Assembly: GCA_963749215.1 (NCBI GenBank)
Contig: CAVVMA010000018.1
Coordinates: 51,513-115,512, forward strand
Origin: an uncultured delta proteobacterium
GTDB lineage: Bacteria > Desulfobacterota > Binatia > Binatales > Binataceae
Direction of reading: 5' to 3'
Length of the DNA: 64,000 nucleotides
Shown here: one piece after another, positions 38,737 through 49,124 of the stretch
Position numbering within the stretch: the stretch's first letter is position 1
Layout: each line of letters opens with the position of its first letter
Position numbers and translations under genes: made by a program
The notes under the pieces: model-generated
Seen by the model: the letters and a program-made list of their open reading frames with translations, nothing else
Databases searched by the model: none
Told to the model about the DNA's origin: nothing

Positions 38737-39505
38737 CCCGAAGAACGACATCATCATCGTCGACGGGGTATCCAAGTACTATCACTTGCGGCCCGGCAAG
38801 CAGGCTCTGATCGAACAGGCCTACAAATGGCTGACGGGCACGCTTCCCAGGCCGCGCGAGATCTGCGCTCTGCGCGACGTCACGTTCCGCGTCAAACGCG
38901 GGGAATCGGTCGGCGTGGTCGGCAGGAACGGTGCGGGCAAGAGCACTCTGCTGAAGATCATCGCCGGCATCGCGACTCCTTCCGACGGCAAAGTGCAGGT
39001 GCCGGCGCGAATCTCGACCCAGATCGCGCTCGGCTCGGGCTTCCATCCGTTTCTCACCGGCCGCGAGAATATCTTCCTCCAGGGAACGATCCTGGGCATG
39101 ACCAACCGGCGCGTACGCAGCCTGATGTCCAGGATCACAGACTTTGCCGGCCTGGAGAGCGCGATCGATCGGCCGCTGTGGACCTACTCGCACGGAATGG
39201 TGGCGCGGCTGGGATTTTCCGTCGCAGCGCATGCCGAATTCGAAGTGTTGCTCCTGGACGAAGCGTTGACTGCCGGCGATATAGGGTTTCGCGATCGATG
39301 CGAAGAAACCTTGCGCGGGTTTCGCGCATCCGGCGCCACTTTGGTGATCGTTTCGCACGGGACCGAGAATATCTACGAACTGTGCGACCGCGCGATCTGG
39401 CTCGAAGATGGAAGGATAAGGGCCATCGGGGCGGTGCCTGAAGTGATGGAGCAGTACGAGCTGTCAGCCGGCCGCGTCCGAACCCGCCAGGAGAAAAGCG
39501 CGTAG
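38729..39505 (+). CDS. wzt: Polysaccharide ABC exporter ATPase (Wzt-like), without C-terminal carbohydrate-binding domain
   Basis: GRNGAGKST, TYS.GM.ARLGF, LLDE.L.AGD..F, VSH; only 258 aa. Confidence 0.92.
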   Translation: MDSPKNDIIIVDGVSKYYHLRPGKQALIEQAYKWLTGTLPRPREICALRDVTFRVKRGESVGVVGRNGAGKSTLLKIIAGIATPSDGKVQVPARISTQIALGSGFHPFLTGRENIFLQGTILGMTNRRVRSLMSRITDFAGLESAIDRPLWTYSHGMVARLGFSVAAHAEFEVLLLDEALTAGDIGFRDRCEETLRGFRASGATLVIVSHGTENIYELCDRAIWLEDGRIRAIGAVPEVMEQYELSAGRVRTRQEKSA

Positions 39506-39511
39506 CCTGCG

Positions 39512-40687
39512 ATGATTCGAGTCGGCTTCATCTGCGACCATCTCGAGATCGGCGGTCAGGAGCTCGGCTACATCGAACTGATGAAGCGGCTCGACCGCGC
39601 CCGCTTCTCTCCATACCTCTATGCATTCCGCCCCGGCCTTCTGCTCGCGCAGGCGCAGTCGCTGGGTGTTCCGATCGTGCTCGGCCACGACAAGCCGGGC
39701 GCGGATGAGGCCTGGACGGAGGCGGACTCGGCCGCGCGCATCCGCTATCGAGCTACGCTGGCGCGGCAATTGCGCGCCGACGCGATCGACGTATGCCTGC
39801 TGTACGCATGGTGGGACGGCCTCGCAGTCGCGCAGGACGCCGGCATCAAGGCGATCGTCGAACGCCTGGACGGGCCGACGCTGGCGAGCCGGATTCCCGA
39901 CAAGTCGCCGTGCCGGCGAATCGTTTGCGAATCGAGGGGAATCCGCGACCTGATTCTCGCGCAGCGCGAGCTGCTTCGATGCCGTCCGGAGCAAGTGGTC
40001 GTGATTCCCAATGGAATCGACCTCGACCGCTTCGATCCGGGCCGCTACGACCGCGCCCGCTGTCGCCATACGCTGGGCTTCGCGCCGGACGATTTCGTGA
40101 TCGGATCCGTAGCCCGTCTGGCGCCTGAGAAGAACCTCGGTCATCTGCTGCAGGCGGTAAAGTTTCTCATCGACTCGATCGGCAAAGCGCGTGATCGGCA
40201 TGCCCGGCTCCCGCGGATTCAGGCGGTCGTAGCCGGGCCCGATCAAGGTTGCCGCGCGGCTCTGGAGTCCGATGCGCGGCAATTGGCGATAGCCGATCGG
40301 GTTCGCTTCCTCGGCGCGCGGTCCGACGTGGCCGAAGTCCTGGCCGCGCTCGATGTCTTCACCCTGACCTCGATTTACGAGGGGAGCCCGTTCGCCCTGC
40401 TGGAAGCGATGGCGATGGGACTGCCGGTGGTGGCGACGCAGGTCGGAGCGGTGGCCGAAGTGATCGACGGGAACGGCTTTCTGGTAGGCCCGCTCAATCC
40501 CGAGCAGACCGGTCGCGCGCTGCGCGAGCTTCTGCTAAACGGTGAGCTTCGCGCGCGGCTCGGATGGCGCAGCCGTGAAGTCTCGCGGCGCTACGACGTC
40601 AGGCAGATGGTCGAGTCCTACGAAGCGATACTTATCGAAGCGCTCGCAGAATCGAGGGCGGAGTCGGCGATCGGGGGAACCTCGTGA
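39512..40687 (+). CDS. Glycosyltransferase family 4
   Basis: IGGQE, IPNGID, ARL.PEKN, EGSP..LLEAMA.GLPVVAT.VG. Confidence 0.92.
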   Translation: MIRVGFICDHLEIGGQELGYIELMKRLDRARFSPYLYAFRPGLLLAQAQSLGVPIVLGHDKPGADEAWTEADSAARIRYRATLARQLRADAIDVCLLYAWWDGLAVAQDAGIKAIVERLDGPTLASRIPDKSPCRRIVCESRGIRDLILAQRELLRCRPEQVVVIPNGIDLDRFDPGRYDRARCRHTLGFAPDDFVIGSVARLAPEKNLGHLLQAVKFLIDSIGKARDRHARLPRIQAVVAGPDQGCRAALESDARQLAIADRVRFLGARSDVAEVLAALDVFTLTSIYEGSPFALLEAMAMGLPVVATQVGAVAEVIDGNGFLVGPLNPEQTGRALRELLLNGELRARLGWRSREVSRRYDVRQMVESYEAILIEALAESRAESAIGGTS

Positions 40688-40709
40688 AGATCCTCTCCGA
40701 GGAACGCAA

Positions 40710-41807
40710 TTGCGCGTAGCCGCGACCAGCCTGAATCTTCAAGCCGATGGACCGGCCGGCCGGCCGGCGGCGAACGCGCAAGTTGCGCCCCTGAGCGTCA
40801 TAGTCCCGACTCACCGGCGTCCGGCCGATCTCAAAAAGTGCCTCGCCAGTATCGTGACGCCGGATCTTCCCGCCGACGCCGAAGTGCTCGTGGTATGCAA
40901 CGGGCCCGACGCGGACAGCGAGAGCTTTCTCGACCAGTTGGCGGCGCGCGAGCCCCGGCTGCTGGTGATGCGGCTTCAGAAACGGCAACCGGGCGCAGCC
41001 CGCAACGCCGCGCTCGATCGGGCGCGCGGCGAGATCATCTTCTTCCTCGATGACGACGTGACGGTCGCGCCCGGATTCTTCTCCAGCGCGATGCGGCTGT
41101 TCGCGGAGCGCCCGGAGCTCGACGTGCTCGGCGGTCCGAACCTCACCCCGGTTGACTCGGGAAAATTCGAGCACTGCGTAGGGCGCGTGCTTGCCTCTCC
41201 GTTCGGCTCGGCCACCACTCGTCACAGATTCCGCGGCGCCGGCCGCTTGAGGCCTGCCGACGATCGATCGCTGATTCTTTGCAACCTGATCATACGCAGA
41301 AGAGCCATGGAGGGGCTGAACGCTCCGTTTCGCAATCACATGATCAGCAACGAAGAAAATGTCCTGCTGGCGGAGCTGGCGTTCCGGCACAAGGTGATGC
41401 TCCACGATCCCTCGTTGATCGTCTACCACAGCCGCCGGCCCAACTTTAGCGGGTTTTTCCGGCAGGTCTTTCGCTATGGCCAGGGACGATGGCAGAACAT
41501 CGAGGCGTTGCCGTCCTCGCTCTCGCCGGTTTTCCTGATCCCCTTGCTGTTCCTGCTTTATCTGCTTTCGATACCGATTGTCCGAAGCCCTATCTACAGT
41601 GTGCCGCTCTTTGTATATGCCGCTTTGGCAGTTATTTTTTCGCTGATTGAGGCGTTGCAGGCCGGCGATCCGCGTGCGTTCCCGACCCTGCTCGTTCTTT
41701 TTCCTTGTTGCCATATCGGCTACGCGATGGGTTTCGGGTGGCAATTAGTCAGATCGCTCGCTTCGCGATGGTTCGGCGTCGGTGCTGCGTACTCATCAGC
41801 GCCTTAG
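40710..41807 (+). CDS. Glycosyltransferase family 2 (start uncertain)
   Basis: SVIVPT..R..LKKCL.SI, ARN..L..ARG.II.FLDDD, FRQVFRYGQGR and C-terminal TM helices. Confidence 0.85.
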   Translation: MRVAATSLNLQADGPAGRPAANAQVAPLSVIVPTHRRPADLKKCLASIVTPDLPADAEVLVVCNGPDADSESFLDQLAAREPRLLVMRLQKRQPGAARNAALDRARGEIIFFLDDDVTVAPGFFSSAMRLFAERPELDVLGGPNLTPVDSGKFEHCVGRVLASPFGSATTRHRFRGAGRLRPADDRSLILCNLIIRRRAMEGLNAPFRNHMISNEENVLLAELAFRHKVMLHDPSLIVYHSRRPNFSGFFRQVFRYGQGRWQNIEALPSSLSPVFLIPLLFLLYLLSIPIVRSPIYSVPLFVYAALAVIFSLIEALQAGDPRAFPTLLVLFPCCHIGYAMGFGWQLVRSLASRWFGVGAAYSSAP

Positions 41808-42529
41808 CTTTTGTCTGGTTCCTCGAGCGCGAGCCAACCCCACAGCGTGATCGCCATCAGCGAGAGCACCAGGGCCGCGACGCTCCAGAGGCGGCCCCGG
41901 GCCGGCGCGAACGCGCTTGGCTCGGCGGCACGGAATGACTCGACGGATTTGTCATGAATGTTGCCAAGATCGACCTGAGCGGCGCCGGCGGGTGGATCGC
42001 CCGAGATCGCCACGAGCCTGATATGACGAAAGGATGCGCTGCCGCGGCCTTCGAGCTGGCAGATGATCTGCATGCTGTGCCGGTTCCCGGGGACCTTGAT
42101 GTACATTTCGCCCCTGGTCCAGCCGTCGCCGCGAGAGCTTGTATCGAGTCGCGATAATCCGAACTCATGCCTCATGAGGTGGACTCCAATCGTGCCCACG
42201 TCACCTGAATTACCGATCGTCTTCGTCTCGCCAGTCAGGTAGTACCAGCCTAGCGGCAGCGTGACCGTCTGACTCCACAGTGCGATGTTAGGTTTGTGGT
42301 TGACCACGTGGAGCTCGCCGCCGCTCCCCGGCTGATGGCTCCATGAAAACGTGTCACTGGCGATGACTACCCTTTGACTCGCGGTTCGCCAGCCGTTGGG
42401 TAGTTGGCCGGTGCCTTCGCTCAAATCGCCGTTGCTAACGAGATTGTCGCCGGCCAAAGCGCTGCGCGGCAGCCACAGCCCCAGATTGACTACTATCAGC
42501 GCGGTTGCGAGACGACGCCTGTTCATCAA
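41804..42529 (-). CDS. Exported carbohydrate-binding-like protein with C-terminal membrane anchor, paralog 2
   Basis: Signal peptide, NLVSNGDL..G..P.GW, L.LGWYY, WTR, G.A.FR, PP.G..DL, GRLW and TM. Confidence 0.6.
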   Translation of the reverse strand: MMNRRRLATALIVVNLGLWLPRSALAGDNLVSNGDLSEGTGQLPNGWRTASQRVVIASDTFSWSHQPGSGGELHVVNHKPNIALWSQTVTLPLGWYYLTGETKTIGNSGDVGTIGVHLMRHEFGLSRLDTSSRGDGWTRGEMYIKVPGNRHSMQIICQLEGRGSASFRHIRLVAISGDPPAGAAQVDLGNIHDKSVESFRAAEPSAFAPARGRLWSVAALVLSLMAITLWGWLALEEPDKS

Positions 42530-42572
42530 CGCGGTCGCGAACCTTGTCTATAGAAACTCAATCTATCGATGG

Positions 42573-44066
42573 TCAGAACCAGTTGACCAACCCGGAGCCA
42601 TGAAGCCACAGCCGCGCCTGCTGTGCAGCCGGACTGATCGGCGTCCCGATCCAGAGCGGAAGGAAGTAGACGAACGCGATAAGCGTGGCGCCGACGTAGC
42701 AAGCGCATACAAAGCGCCCAGCGAAGAGGCGGCCCCGGCGCAAGGAGAGCACGTAGCCCGAGGCGGTCGCGGCTGCCGCGGCCAGGCCGGGACCGGTTCC
42801 GAGGCCGAGGATCATAGACGGCGACAGCGCCGCGAGCAGCGCGACGTTTTCAAAGCTTCGGGTCTCGCCCTCCCAGCATTCGGCGAGCAGAACCGCGAGC
42901 GTCAGGAACCCGAGGTACAGTGCAGGCATATAGTAATAGGTAAATTTGTACCGGGTAATTGGAATCCATACCACGAGGTAGGCGAGGTACCCGAGCACGA
43001 GAAATGCTCGTGGCAAGCTTCTGCGCCTGACCGCCTCTAGGCCCACGAGCGGAATCGCCACCACCACCGCCCACCAGATTATCGGGTTGCCTATTCCTCG
43101 AATCGAGGCGACGTCCGCACCGGGCAGCGCCAGGAAATCCTCCTGTCTCCAGTACCGGATCGGCCTGAGCATCAGCGGCCAGCTCCACCACGGCGAATTC
43201 TGCGGATGGTAAGGTGGCAGACTGGTCTGGAAGTTCCACTCGCTTTTGTAATAGACGATCTGATCGCTCACTCCGTGCCAGAATCCGAACCAGTAGTTCG
43301 GCATGTACAGGGCCAGGTAGACCAGCGCGCTCAGACCTCCCACCAGCGCGAAGGCAGCCGCGATTTGCCGTATCGGGACGGAACCCGCTTTGCGCGCGCT
43401 TGCGGGCGTCTGCCGGATTATGACGAACGTCACCGCGCTCATCACCAGCGCGCCGGTCAGGACCGGGATGCCGAGCTTGGAGGCCAGCGACAGTCCGAGG
43501 GCGAGTCCCATCCAGGCGAGCGATCTTCTGCGCGATAACGGGTCCGCGCTTTGCGCAAACCTGAAGACCATCAGGTACGCCCAAGCACCGAAGGTGAGAT
43601 AGAAGATCTCCCAAAGCCCGGTGCGCGAATCGATCAGAAACTGGCCGTCGCAAAGCAGGAAGAGCGACGCGAAGCCGGCCGTGACGCGCGAATTGAACAT
43701 CCGGCGCGTCAGCAGGTAGGTGATCGCCACCAGTGCAGTTCCTAGCGCTGCGCTGGCGAGCCGCCAGCTCCACGGATGGTCGCCGAAGAGTGCGATAGAC
43801 GCAGCTATCATTTCTGCGGCCAGCGGCGGATGGGTCGTTTTATCCGGCAGATGGCGCAGGTAAAGCCTGGCTGCTGTGACTGTGAACCATTCGTCGAACA
43901 CGATGGTGGGCGGATAACCCAAGCCGGGGAATCGGGTCGCCAGCGAGGCGGCCACGAACCCGCACAGGGCGTAAGTGTCGATTCGCGACCATTGCGGCGC
44001 CTGGAACCCTTCCGGTTTTGCGATACCGGGCGGGACGGCGCCTTCTGCGATTTTGCCTGTCGGCAT
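42573..44066 (-). CDS. PMT (GT39)-like phospholipid-carrier-dependent glycosyltransferase
   Basis: TIVFDE, THPPLA..MIA.SI.LFGD.PWSWR, SPWWSWPLMLRP, GNP.IWW, YYMPAL. Confidence 0.85.
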   Translation of the reverse strand: MPTGKIAEGAVPPGIAKPEGFQAPQWSRIDTYALCGFVAASLATRFPGLGYPPTIVFDEWFTVTAARLYLRHLPDKTTHPPLAAEMIAASIALFGDHPWSWRLASAALGTALVAITYLLTRRMFNSRVTAGFASLFLLCDGQFLIDSRTGLWEIFYLTFGAWAYLMVFRFAQSADPLSRRRSLAWMGLALGLSLASKLGIPVLTGALVMSAVTFVIIRQTPASARKAGSVPIRQIAAAFALVGGLSALVYLALYMPNYWFGFWHGVSDQIVYYKSEWNFQTSLPPYHPQNSPWWSWPLMLRPIRYWRQEDFLALPGADVASIRGIGNPIIWWAVVVAIPLVGLEAVRRRSLPRAFLVLGYLAYLVVWIPITRYKFTYYYMPALYLGFLTLAVLLAECWEGETRSFENVALLAALSPSMILGLGTGPGLAAAAATASGYVLSLRRGRLFAGRFVCACYVGATLIAFVYFLPLWIGTPISPAAQQARLWLHGSGLVNWF

Positions 44067-44275
44067 ACTGTCGCGGGATGCGCCGAACGATCGACGGCCG
44101 CCGCGATCGTTCGCGACGCGTCCATCCGGGCGCGATTGGCATCAGTCTTACGGAAGTGGTCTCGACCGGCAAGCGCCGAACCCGTTCACCGGTCTTGGAT
44201 GGAGCGGCGTTGCTATGCACAATTGCGTGATGCCGGGTCCGCGCAACCATGCGCAGGACCTGGCGCACGAATCAC

Positions 44276-45958
44276 GTGAGCGGCCTTGTTGCATACGGCG
44301 GGCCTCGGCCGAAGCCTGGTCCACCTCCGGCGCGGGAATATTCGGTCTGGCGCGTGTTCGCCCATCGGGTCTTCTTCGCGCTCTGGATCGCCGCGCTGGT
44401 GTCGAATATCGGCACCTGGATGCAGAACGTCGGAGCGGCGTGGCTTATGACCGCGCTCTCGCCGTCGCCGCTGATGGTCGCGCTGATCCAGACCGCGTCG
44501 AGTCTCCCGATCCTGCTTCTGGCGCTGCCGGCGGGTGCGCTGGCCGACATCGTGGATCGACGCCGGCTGCTGCTTGTATCTCAAGCCTGGATGCTGCTGG
44601 CGGCAGCCGCGCTGGCCGCTCTGACGATCGCAGACCTGATGACGCCATGGACGTTGCTCGGCCTGAGCTTCGCGCTGGGCGTAGGCTCGGCGCTCAACGC
44701 GCCGGCCTGGCAGGCGATCACTCCCGAACTGGTGCCGCCCGAGGAGCTCACTTCCGCGATCGCGCTGAACGGAGTCAACTTCAACGCCGCCCGCGCGGTC
44801 GGTCCCGCGCTCGGAGGGATCGTGGTGGCGTGGGCGGGCGCCGGCGCGACCTTCGTTCTCAACGCGGTTTCGTTTCTGGGCGTGATGGTGGTGCTGTACG
44901 GATGGAATCGATCGCAGCAACCGGGCGTGCTCCCCGCGGAGCGGATGATCGGTGCGATTCGAAGCGGACTCCGTTACGTGCGCTATGCGCCGCCGCTGCG
45001 GGCAGTGTTGATGCGCACGGCAGGGTTCACAATCGGCGCCAGCGCGGTGTGGGCTATCCTGCCGTTGCTGGCACGTCACCAGCTCAATCTCAGCGCTGAC
45101 GGCTACGGGTTGTTGCTGGGCGCCTTCGGCGCGGGGGCGATCGTCGCGGGAGCCGCGCTTGAGCGAATCGAGCAGCTAGTCTCGCGCGACACAATCGTCA
45201 CCGCCGCCACCGCGATTTTCGCCGCGGTTCTGGTCGGCCTGGGGGTCTGGTCGAGTTACGCGCTGGCGCTGGCCCTCATGCTGGTCGGCGGCGCGATGTG
45301 GGTTCTCGCCAACTCGTCGCTCAATATCGCCGCGCAGTTGTCGGTGCCGCGATGGGTCCAGGGACGCGCGCTCGCTTGCTACCAGCTCGTTCAGCAAGCC
45401 GCGATGGCCGGCGGCAGCGTACTGTGGGGCGTCGCGGCGGAGCGCGGGGGTGTGCCTTTGTCGCTGCTGCTGGCGGCGATCGCGATGATTTCGGGCCTGG
45501 TTCCGATGATGTGGTTTCATTTGATTTCAGACCACGAGCTGGATCTCGATCCGATTCTGCTGCCCGCGCCCGAGGTCGCGGGCCACGTCGATCCGGAAAG
45601 CGGCCCGGTGCTGGTGACGATCGAGTACCTGATCAGGCCCGAGGCGGCACGCGAGTTCAGGGCGGCGATGAACGCGCTGCGTCCGATCAGGCTTCGCGAT
45701 GGGGCGATCTTCTGGGGATTGTTCTTCGACCTGGCGCGGCCCGAACGCTTCGTTGAGTACTTCGTCTCCGAGTCGTGGCTCGATCATCTGCGCCTGCATG
45801 GGCGCGGCGTTTCCTCCGACCTGGAGCTTGAAACGCGGGCGCGCGCGTTTCATGTCGGAAGCTCGCCGCCCGCCGTAACGCATCAGCTTTCCTCACGCGC
45901 GATCATCGAGCGCAACAGTGCGTTGTTCGCTGCGCCGCGCCCATCGGAACCGCGGTGA
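44276..45958 (+). CDS. MFS transporter (MFS_3/DUF894 type) with C-terminal extra domain
   Basis: SNIGTWMQ.VGAAWLMT.L, GALAD.VDRR, PAWQA..PELV, N.ARAVGPALGG, C-terminal GPVLVTIEY..R.RDGA..W.LF.D. Confidence 0.9.
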   Translation: MSGLVAYGGPRPKPGPPPAREYSVWRVFAHRVFFALWIAALVSNIGTWMQNVGAAWLMTALSPSPLMVALIQTASSLPILLLALPAGALADIVDRRRLLLVSQAWMLLAAAALAALTIADLMTPWTLLGLSFALGVGSALNAPAWQAITPELVPPEELTSAIALNGVNFNAARAVGPALGGIVVAWAGAGATFVLNAVSFLGVMVVLYGWNRSQQPGVLPAERMIGAIRSGLRYVRYAPPLRAVLMRTAGFTIGASAVWAILPLLARHQLNLSADGYGLLLGAFGAGAIVAGAALERIEQLVSRDTIVTAATAIFAAVLVGLGVWSSYALALALMLVGGAMWVLANSSLNIAAQLSVPRWVQGRALACYQLVQQAAMAGGSVLWGVAAERGGVPLSLLLAAIAMISGLVPMMWFHLISDHELDLDPILLPAPEVAGHVDPESGPVLVTIEYLIRPEAAREFRAAMNALRPIRLRDGAIFWGLFFDLARPERFVEYFVSESWLDHLRLHGRGVSSDLELETRARAFHVGSSPPAVTHQLSSRAIIERNSALFAAPRPSEPR

Positions 45959-46161
45959 GAGTGGTGCGTATTTTGGGTTGCTCTGTTGCGCGGAAATAAT
46001 AATGACCGGCGAGACGCCGGTCCTACTACGTAGGCTGGAGCGCGATGCCGGTTGGCAAGCAGGCCTTCACCCGGCGCCAATCGGGCACCTGTTAATCGGC
46101 TGAGCTTCCTGCTTAGCTTATTTCCGGTGCGGCGGCCCTCCAGCGGCGCCGGGCGACACGG

Positions 46162-49122
46162 ATGACTGTGTGCGACAATTCCAGAACGCGCTCGATGCGC
46201 GGGGTGATCGCCGCGCTCGCGTGTGCCGCGACGCTGGTCTTCGCTCACACGATCGCGTGGGCCGCGGCCGACAATCCGGACGCACCTGACGGACGGCTCG
46301 CAGGCTATATCGCTGCACTGACGATCATCCTGCTGATCGGCTATGGGCTCTATCTGTGCCTGAAGCCGATCCTGAACCGGCCCGATTCAGGTCTCTCGCA
46401 GGCGCTGCTGATACTGGTCGTTATTTTCCTGCTCAAGGAGGCCGTGGCGCCGCTCTTTCCGGGGTTCGGCGTCGACGTTGGCAGCTATCAGTCGTGGGCG
46501 GAAAGGATGGCCGACCTCGGCCCCGCCCGCATGTACGCGTCCGGGTACTTCCTGGATTATCCGCCCGGATACCTCTACGCGCTGTGGTTGGTCGCCGCGA
46601 TCGGACGGGTTTTCAACGTTAGCGGCGAAGCGTTACGCCAGCTCGTCGAGAGCCCGGCGCTGGTCGCGGATTTTCTGCTCGCGCTCGCCGTTTTCGGCTA
46701 CGTCCGGCGCTCCGCCGGCACTGCGTTGGCCTACGCGGCGATGCTGATGGTCGCGCTCAATCCGGCGATGCTGTTCGAAAGCGTGGTCTGGGGGCAGAGC
46801 GATTCGGTCTCGGCCCTGCTGATGTTCCTGTGCGTCACCTGCGTGCTCGACGGCGAGTTCGAGGCCAGTTGGGCGCTCGCCGCGGTTGGCGTGCTGGTCA
46901 AACCGCAGGTGCTGCTCTTTTTGCCGGTGCTTGGACTGTGGACGCTGATCAAGGGCGATCCCGAAAAATGGTGGCGCTCGGCGCTGGCGCTGCTCGCGAT
47001 GGGCGTTGTCACGGCGATGCCGTTCCAGCTCGGCCATCCGTGGAGCTGGCTGCTGGACCTCTACCGGAGCACCGCAGGCTACTATCACGAGACCTCGGTC
47101 AACGCATTCAACCTGATGGCGTTGCTCGCGGGTCTGCGCGCACCCGATGCGACCACGGTGCTGGGCGTGTCGTGGTTCACGCTCGGGATGACGATGCTGG
47201 CCGGCCTGTACGCATTCATCGCGTGGGTTCTGTGGCGGCGCGCCACCGCGAAGAACCTGCTGTACTGCACCTTTCTGGTGGTGTTCGGGTCCTTTATGCT
47301 CGCGCCGCGGATGCACGAGCGTTACGTGTATCCCGCCCTGGTGTTTCTGATTCCGATCGCGTTCGAGGATCCCCTGATGCTCGCGGTGTACGCGATCACG
47401 ACGGCGACGCTGCTCTTCAATCTCGCCTATATCAAGCGCGTCCTGGAAAGCCCGAAGATTTTTCTCGACGGCCGGGACACCCTTGCGATGATCGCTTCGG
47501 CGATCAACGTGGTAGGACTCGCGGCCGCCTTCGTCTACGCGCTGAAGCCCGCGGCCACCGAAGAGGTGGTCGAGGAGCCCCCCGAGAAACTCCGCGCCGA
47601 GGCCGGGATACAGGCGCTGGTCGCAAGGTTCAGGGCCGCCTCGACGGCCACCGCTACGGTTCCTCCTGCCTCGGAGCCGGCGCTGGCCGGCCGCGCGATG
47701 CCATGGCTTCGCATCGACACGATCGTAATGACGGTTCTGATCGCGTGCGCTGCAGTGACACGCCTGTGGCGGCTGGCGCTTCCAGGAGAGATCGTCTTCG
47801 ACGAAGTCCACTTCGTCGAGAATCAGGCGCGTCACTACCTGCACGGCGAGTCGTTCCTCGACCCCCATCCGCCGCTCGACAAGCTGGTGATTACGCTCGG
47901 CATCCTGCTCTTCGGCGACCATCCATGGAGCTGGCGAATCGGCAACGCGGTAATCGGCATCGCCCTGGTAGGTATCACCTATCTGCTCGGACGGAGGATG
48001 TTTCATTCGCGGCTGGCTGCGGCGCTGGCGGCCGCCTTTATCGCCGGCGACGGGCTGTTCATTGTCGATTCGCGGATCGCGGTGATCGATATCGCGTATG
48101 TGACCGCGGCGGCGTTTGCTTACCTGATGCTGTTCCGGTTCCTCGAGAATACCGAGCCGCTCGATCGCCGCCGGACGATGGTCTGGATGGGCCTGGCGCT
48201 CGGACTTTGCATGGGCTCGAAGCTCTACATTCCATTCGTCGCCTTCCTGCTGGTGATGGGATTTCTGATTCGTGCCTTGTGGGTACCCGACGGAGTATCG
48301 TTGCGCCTGGCGAGATACGACCCCCAGCGCTATCGGCGCGTCGGCGGCGCGGTGCTCCTGACCGGCGCGATAAGCGCCGCCGTCTACATCGCGATCTTCC
48401 TGCCGCATTTCCTGCTCGGATGGTGGGGCGGAGTCGCCGACCTGGTCCATTACTACAGCGACGTCCTGTGGTACGAGCGGAGCGTCTCGTCGGCGACCCA
48501 TCCCTATTCCTCGCCGTGGTGGAGTTGGCCGCTGATGCTTCGCCCGGTCGCCTATTGGCAGAATTTTCCGAACACCGGCAAGGTCCAGACCGTCTGGGGC
48601 GGCGGCAACCCCGCCTCGTGGTGGGCAGCCTTTACCGCGATCGGGATAATCGCGGTGCAGGCCTACGAGCGCCGCTCGACGTGGCGTCCCTTTATACTGA
48701 TCGGATACCTGGGCTTCCTGGCGATCTGGGTCCCGATCGGGCGCACGCTGTTCCTGTATCACTACATGGGGTCCATATATCTCGCCTATCTGGCGCTGGG
48801 CGCGGTGCTGGCCGAGTGCTGGAATGACGGCGCGCAGCCGTGGGAGCATCTGGCGCTCCTGCTCACGCTCGTGCCGGTCTTCATACTCGGACTCGGCCCG
48901 GCCTGGGGCATAGCCAACTTGCTCATCGTCGCGGTCTGCTACGCAACCGTTCTGCTCCAACGGCCGCAATACGCCGGCAAATTCACCTGCGCAGTGCTCT
49001 GCGCGGTCTCGTTGGTCGTGTTCCTCTACTACTACCCGATCTGGATCGGTCTCCCGATCGAACGCTCCGGATATTACGCCCGGATGTGGTTGCAAGGCGG
49101 GGGACTGCGGTCCTGGATCTGA
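46162..49122 (+). CDS. Tandem GT-C fusion (PIG-M/GT87-like plus PMT/GT39), paralog of 28466-31204
   Basis: DYPPGYLY, ALNPA.LF.SVVWGQ.DS, VKPQ, MHERY, then EIVFDEVHFV, DPHPPL.KL, SPWWSWPLMLRP, GGNP..WW. Confidence 0.85.
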   Translation: MTVCDNSRTRSMRGVIAALACAATLVFAHTIAWAAADNPDAPDGRLAGYIAALTIILLIGYGLYLCLKPILNRPDSGLSQALLILVVIFLLKEAVAPLFPGFGVDVGSYQSWAERMADLGPARMYASGYFLDYPPGYLYALWLVAAIGRVFNVSGEALRQLVESPALVADFLLALAVFGYVRRSAGTALAYAAMLMVALNPAMLFESVVWGQSDSVSALLMFLCVTCVLDGEFEASWALAAVGVLVKPQVLLFLPVLGLWTLIKGDPEKWWRSALALLAMGVVTAMPFQLGHPWSWLLDLYRSTAGYYHETSVNAFNLMALLAGLRAPDATTVLGVSWFTLGMTMLAGLYAFIAWVLWRRATAKNLLYCTFLVVFGSFMLAPRMHERYVYPALVFLIPIAFEDPLMLAVYAITTATLLFNLAYIKRVLESPKIFLDGRDTLAMIASAINVVGLAAAFVYALKPAATEEVVEEPPEKLRAEAGIQALVARFRAASTATATVPPASEPALAGRAMPWLRIDTIVMTVLIACAAVTRLWRLALPGEIVFDEVHFVENQARHYLHGESFLDPHPPLDKLVITLGILLFGDHPWSWRIGNAVIGIALVGITYLLGRRMFHSRLAAALAAAFIAGDGLFIVDSRIAVIDIAYVTAAAFAYLMLFRFLENTEPLDRRRTMVWMGLALGLCMGSKLYIPFVAFLLVMGFLIRALWVPDGVSLRLARYDPQRYRRVGGAVLLTGAISAAVYIAIFLPHFLLGWWGGVADLVHYYSDVLWYERSVSSATHPYSSPWWSWPLMLRPVAYWQNFPNTGKVQTVWGGGNPASWWAAFTAIGIIAVQAYERRSTWRPFILIGYLGFLAIWVPIGRTLFLYHYMGSIYLAYLALGAVLAECWNDGAQPWEHLALLLTLVPVFILGLGPAWGIANLLIVAVCYATVLLQRPQYAGKFTCAVLCAVSLVVFLYYYPIWIGLPIERSGYYARMWLQGGGLRSWI

Positions 49123-49124
49123 GA

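Noticed and set aside
46633-49095. Long antisense ORFs (this 820-aa one, also 3531-5204, 13644-15050, 1570-2856, 55100-56482 and others)
   Set aside because: They lie opposite well-supported genes, are Arg/Ala/Gly-rich without motifs, and are expected in high-GC DNA.
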